Source: Cupriavidus necator (GTDB lineage Bacteria > Pseudomonadota > Gammaproteobacteria > Burkholderiales > Burkholderiaceae). Taken from it: a stretch of DNA of 32,000 bases. Position numbers and translations under genes: made by a program. The notes beneath the pieces are model-generated. The model worked only from the letters and a program-made list of their open reading frames with translations, was not told the DNA's origin and did no database searches. Position 1 is the stretch's first letter. Each line of letters starts with the position of its first letter. Shown here piece after piece: positions 28,104 to 32,000 of the stretch. The DNA is taken from assembly GCF_016127575.1 (NCBI RefSeq), contig NZ_CP066018.1:120001-152000 (forward strand), given 5' to 3'.

Positions 28104-29134
28104 GTATCCGCTGGAACACTGACAGCCTCGCGCGCTGGACTGCCGCCGTGTTTGAGTCATGCGGCGTGGCGCCAGACCAGGCGACCCAAGCCGCCGCCGC
28201 GCTGGTGCGCAGCGAGCTGCGCGGCTACAAGACGCATGGCCTGACGCGGGTCCCCTCCTACGTCGAACGCCTGCGTGCCGGCGATTTCAACCCACGCCCC
28301 GAGATGTCGCACAAGACCTTCCCGGGCGGCGTCGTGCTCGACGCCGACGGCGCCATGGGCCAGATCGCGGGCCCGCGCGCCGTGCAACTCGGACTGGAGG
28401 CGCTGCAGTCGAGCGCGTCGGTGCTGGTTGCGGTGCAATCGTGCGGCCATCTCGGCGCACTCGGTATCCCGGCATTGCTGGCCGCCGAGGCCGGGGCCTT
28501 CTGCATGGTCGGCCAGCGCACGCCGCCCGTGCTGGGCATGGAAGGCTTTGCCCGCGCCGCGATCGGGCACAACCCCATTGCCTTCGGCTGCCCGTTGCCG
28601 GGTGCGGCACCGATCGTGTTCGACGTGGCCTGCAGCGTTGCCGCACGCGGCCATATCCTGCTGGCCGCCCGTGAAGGCAAGCCGATTCCCGCGGGCTGGG
28701 CGCTCGACGCCGACGGCCACCCGACCACCGATGCGCAACGCGCGCTGGAAGGCTCGCTGCTGCCCACTGGCGGGCACAAGGGCATCGGCATCGCCATGAT
28801 GGTGGAGTGCCTGGCCGGCGCCATGGCCGCCACCGCGGACTCGCTTTCCCCGGCGCGCAACACTGTCAGCGGCGCCGGCGCGGTCGGCCGCCAGGGCGGT
28901 TTTGTGTGGCTGGTCAAGCCGGACGCCTTTGCCGGCAAGGAGCTGTTCGCCGACTACATGGCGCAGTGGACCGGCAACTATCTTGCCGCCGGCGGCGCCG
29001 ACGCCCGGCTACCCGGACACCGTGGCGAAGCGCTCGAGCGCGAAGGCCGCCAGCAAGGCATCACCCTGCCCGACGCGGTCGTCCGGGCACTGGATACGCT
29101 CGGCCGGGAACTCGGCATCCCCCTCCCCGGCTAG
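28100..29134 (+). CDS. Ldh2-family (malate/L-lactate/sulfolactate dehydrogenase type 2) oxidoreductase
   Basis: ATGA overlap with the GntR gene. LRGYKTHGLTRVPSY, GGHKGIGIAMMVE motifs. Confidence 0.9.
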   Translation: MSIRWNTDSLARWTAAVFESCGVAPDQATQAAAALVRSELRGYKTHGLTRVPSYVERLRAGDFNPRPEMSHKTFPGGVVLDADGAMGQIAGPRAVQLGLEALQSSASVLVAVQSCGHLGALGIPALLAAEAGAFCMVGQRTPPVLGMEGFARAAIGHNPIAFGCPLPGAAPIVFDVACSVAARGHILLAAREGKPIPAGWALDADGHPTTDAQRALEGSLLPTGGHKGIGIAMMVECLAGAMAATADSLSPARNTVSGAGAVGRQGGFVWLVKPDAFAGKELFADYMAQWTGNYLAAGGADARLPGHRGEALEREGRQQGITLPDAVVRALDTLGRELGIPLPG

Positions 29135-29224
29135 CGCCGCTTCCGTCACCAGTATTGCCAGGAATCCGGGTGCCAACGCACGCCGGCAGCCCCCGCTCAA
29201 CCCTGTTTGCCTGAAATCGCCCCT

Positions 29225-32000
29225 ATGAATGCTCCAATTCTCCCCGACGCGGCCCGGCAGGCCCTGCGAGCCGTGTCGATCGACGACAAGTACGCGCTGG
29301 ACTCCGGCCGTGCCTACATGAGCGGCGTGCAGGCGCTGGTGCGCCTGCCGCTGCTGCAGCGCAAGCGCGATGCCGCGGCCGGCCACAACACCGCCGCCTT
29401 TATTTCCGGCTACCGCGGTTCACCCCTGGGCACCTATGACCAGGCGCTGTGGCAGGCAAAGAAGCATCTTGCCGACAACCACGTGGTCTTCAAACCCGGC
29501 GTCAACGAGGAACTCGGCGCCACGGCGGTCTGGGGCTCGCAGCAACTGGAGTTCGATACCGCCAGCAAGCGCTACGACGGCGTGTTCGGCATCTGGTATG
29601 GCAAGGGCCCCGGCGTCGACCGCAGCGGCGATGCGCTCAAGCATGCCAACCTCGCCGGCACCTCGCCGCTGGGCGGCGTGATCGCGCTCGCCGGCGATGA
29701 CCACGTCTCCAAGAGCAGCACGCTGGCCCACCAGAGCGACCACACCTTCATGGCGTGCGGGCTGCCGGTGTTCTTCCCGTCCAATGTGCAGGACATCCTC
29801 GACCTGGGCGTGCATGCCCTGGCCATGAGCCGCTTCAGCGGGCTGTGGGCCGGCATGAAGACCGTGCAGGAGGTGGTGGAATCGGGCGCCTCCGTGACCA
29901 CCGACTCGGATCGCGTGCACATCGTGCTGCCGGAAGACTTCACCCTGCCAGACGGCGGCCTGCATATCCGCTGGCCCGACGATCCGCTCGCGGCCGAGGC
30001 GCGCATGATGGAATTCAAGTGGCCGGCCGCGCTCGCCTATGTGCGCGCCAACCGCCTGAACCACAACGTGATCGAGGGATCCAACGACCGCCTTGGCATC
30101 ATCGCCAGCGGCAAGGCCTACAGCGACACGCGCCAGGCCCTGCTCGACCTTGGGCTTGACGATGCCACCTGCCGCGCGCTCGGCGTCCGGCTGCACAAGG
30201 TCAGCGTGGTATGGCCGCTGGAGCCCGACAGCGTGCGCGACTTTGCGCGCGGGCTGCGCGAGATCCTGGTGGTCGAGGAAAAGCGTCCCGTGATCGAGCA
30301 GCAGTTGAAGGACGAGCTGTACCACTACCCACCCACCTCCCGCCCGGCCGTCTTTGGCAAGTACCACCACGCCGACGGCGCCGGCGGCGAATGGAGCCAC
30401 CGCAAGCCGGCCGAGGACTGGCTGCTGCGCGCCAAGGCCGATCTCTCTCCCGCGCTGGTGGCCAAGGCCATCGCGCAGCGGCTCAAGGCGCTGGGCGTGC
30501 CGGCCGACGTGGCCGCGCGCATGGACGTGCGCCTGCAGGAAATCGACGCCAAGGAACGCGCCACCGCCCAGGGCGATGCGCGCGCCACCGACCGCCTCCC
30601 GTGGTTCTGCCCGGGCTGCCCGCACAACACCAGCACCCGCGTGCCGGAAGGCTCGGTCGCGACGGCTGGCATCGGCTGCCATGGCATGGTGGTGTGGATG
30701 GACCGCTCGACCACCTCATGGTCGCAGATGGGCGGCGAAGGCGTGCACTGGATGGGCCAGGCACCCTTCAGCAAGCGCACCCATATGTTCGCCAACCTGG
30801 GCGACGGCACCTACAACCACTCCGGCCTGCTGGCGGTGCGCCAGTCGATCCACGCCGGCGTGAACCTGACCTACAAGATCCTGTTCAACAGCGCCGTGGC
30901 CATGACCGGCGGCCAGCCGGTGGACGGCCAGCTCGATGTACCGGCGATGTCACGTGAACTGGCCGCTGAAGGCGCCCGGCAGATCATCGTTGTCACGGAC
31001 GAGCCGGGCAAGTACAAGGGTGTCGACGACCTCGCAGCCGGCGTCACCGTGCGCCACCGCGACGAACTCGATACCGTGCAGCGCGAGCTGCGCGAGGTGT
31101 CCGGCGTGACCGTGATCATCTACGACCAGGCCTGCGCCACCAAGAAGCGCCGCGAGCGCAAGCGCGGCACCATGATCGATCCGGCCAGGCGCGTGGTCAT
31201 CAACGAGCTGGTGTGCGAAGGTTGCGGCGATTGCTCCGTGCAAAGCAACTGCCTGGCGGTGCAGCCGGTCGAGACCGACTTCGGGCGCAAGCGCAAGGTC
31301 AACCAGGACACCTGCAACAAGGACTTCTCCTGCACCAAGGGCTTCTGCCCGAGCTTTGTCACGGTCGAAGGCGGCCAACTGAAGAAGCCCGCCACCACCG
31401 CGAGCGGCCGCGCCACGCCCCCGGCCATCCCGATGCCCACGCTGCCGGACGCCGGCAAGCCGCGGCGCATCGTGGTGGCGGGGATCGGCGGCACCGGCAT
31501 CGTCACCATCGGCGGCGTGCTGGGCATGGCCGCCCACCTCGAAGGCAAGGGCGTGATCACCCAGGACGCGACCGGCATGGCGCAGATGGGCGGGGCCACC
31601 TGGAGCCACATCCAGATCGCCGCCAGCCCGGACGCCCTGCATGCGAGCCGCGTCGACATGGCAATGGCCGACCTGGTGATCGCCTGCGATACCGTGGTCG
31701 CGGCCAGCAAGACCTCGCTGGCCGCGATGTCGCCGGCACGGACCTATGTGGTGCTGAACAGCCATATCACCCCCACCGCGGCTTTTGTCCGCAACCCCGA
31801 CTGGGATCCCCAGGTCGGCGAGGCCGTGGGCAGGATCGCCCAGTCCGTCGGCAAGGGCCAGCTCGCCGGCTTCGACGCCGAACAGGTGGCGAAGCAGCTG
31901 CTCGGCCAGTCGATCTACGCCAACCTGCTGCTGCTCGGCTATGCCTGGCAGAAAGGCAAGGTCCCGCTGTCGCACGCGGCCCTGATGCGCGCCATCGAAC
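29225..32000 (+). CDS. Indolepyruvate:ferredoxin oxidoreductase-family protein (fused alpha/beta, about 1200 aa type); 3' end beyond the window
   Basis: Absent from the ORF track because there is no stop in the window. Hand translation from ATG 29225: MNAPILPDAARQALRAVSIDDKYALDSGRAYMSGVQALVRLPLLQRKRD...ISGYRGSPLG. In-frame WFCPGCPHNTSTRVPEGS at ~30600 and a 4Fe-4S-like CEGCGDCSVQSNC at ~31210. The frame is still open at 32000 (...VPLSHAALMRAIE). Confidence 0.9.
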   Translation, partial: MNAPILPDAARQALRAVSIDDKYALDSGRAYMSGVQALVRLPLLQRKRDAAAGHNTAAFISGYRGSPLGTYDQALWQAKKHLADNHVVFKPGVNEELGATAVWGSQQLEFDTASKRYDGVFGIWYGKGPGVDRSGDALKHANLAGTSPLGGVIALAGDDHVSKSSTLAHQSDHTFMACGLPVFFPSNVQDILDLGVHALAMSRFSGLWAGMKTVQEVVESGASVTTDSDRVHIVLPEDFTLPDGGLHIRWPDDPLAAEARMMEFKWPAALAYVRANRLNHNVIEGSNDRLGIIASGKAYSDTRQALLDLGLDDATCRALGVRLHKVSVVWPLEPDSVRDFARGLREILVVEEKRPVIEQQLKDELYHYPPTSRPAVFGKYHHADGAGGEWSHRKPAEDWLLRAKADLSPALVAKAIAQRLKALGVPADVAARMDVRLQEIDAKERATAQGDARATDRLPWFCPGCPHNTSTRVPEGSVATAGIGCHGMVVWMDRSTTSWSQMGGEGVHWMGQAPFSKRTHMFANLGDGTYNHSGLLAVRQSIHAGVNLTYKILFNSAVAMTGGQPVDGQLDVPAMSRELAAEGARQIIVVTDEPGKYKGVDDLAAGVTVRHRDELDTVQRELREVSGVTVIIYDQACATKKRRERKRGTMIDPARRVVINELVCEGCGDCSVQSNCLAVQPVETDFGRKRKVNQDTCNKDFSCTKGFCPSFVTVEGGQLKKPATTASGRATPPAIPMPTLPDAGKPRRIVVAGIGGTGIVTIGGVLGMAAHLEGKGVITQDATGMAQMGGATWSHIQIAASPDALHASRVDMAMADLVIACDTVVAASKTSLAAMSPARTYVVLNSHITPTAAFVRNPDWDPQVGEAVGRIAQSVGKGQLAGFDAEQVAKQLLGQSIYANLLLLGYAWQKGKVPLSHAALMRAIE

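Noticed and set aside
26184-28160. 658-aa minus-strand ORF spanning the UxaA and GntR genes. Similar long antisense ORFs lie at 636-1877, 1775-2890, 3896-5659, 10322-11566, 18140-19255, 19986-21368, 21759-23114, 23595-25575, 29420-31975
   Set aside because: Each lies opposite a gene with clear family signatures and good SD/start context. Their translations are low-complexity (R, A, G, P, H, Q). None has a plausible ribosome-binding site.

Overview
High-GC (about two-thirds G+C) proteobacterial chromosome segment. Protein similarities and the three-gene pntAA/pntAB/pntB layout suggest Burkholderiales (Cupriavidus/Ralstonia-like), but that assignment is inference only. I support 29 CDS, one low-confidence small ORF and one pseudogene. 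Two of the CDS run off the window edges, and one of these, a large indolepyruvate:ferredoxin oxidoreductase-family gene at 29225-32000, is missing from the ORF track because it has no stop in the window. Ordinary content: MFS transporter, YyaL-like thioredoxin-domain protein, PPK2, APH-like kinase + SDR, transhydrogenase pntAA-pntAB-pntB, TauD-like dioxygenase, quinone oxidoreductase. Items worth a second look: (1) a tight envelope operon DUF3300-DUF2950-lipoprotein, whose first gene ends in a long DRAG/GVSDR/RGG repeat tail; (2) a lower-GC, inverted-repeat-flanked 365-bp segment carrying a near-consensus promoter, several perfect hairpins and an intrinsic terminator, a candidate ~195-nt sRNA or miniature insertion; (3) a 1304-aa SARP/BTAD + cyclase-like + AAA(STAND-type) + TPR regulator, divergent from a TTC38-like gene, with 11-bp-phased direct repeats between them; (4) a bacterial DRG-type TGS GTPase next to a GYD-domain gene; (5) two overlapping paralogous small helical proteins heading a QOR/TauD operon; (6) a split UxaA-type (SAF small + large subunit) lyase with an embedded GntR regulator and an Ldh2-family dehydrogenase, resembling the SuyAB/ComC sulfolactate module; (7) an orphan TpsB (ShlB/FhaC) fragment. 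I saw no rRNA, tRNA, CRISPR array, integrase or transposase. All family assignments come from reading the translations by eye; no searches were run.
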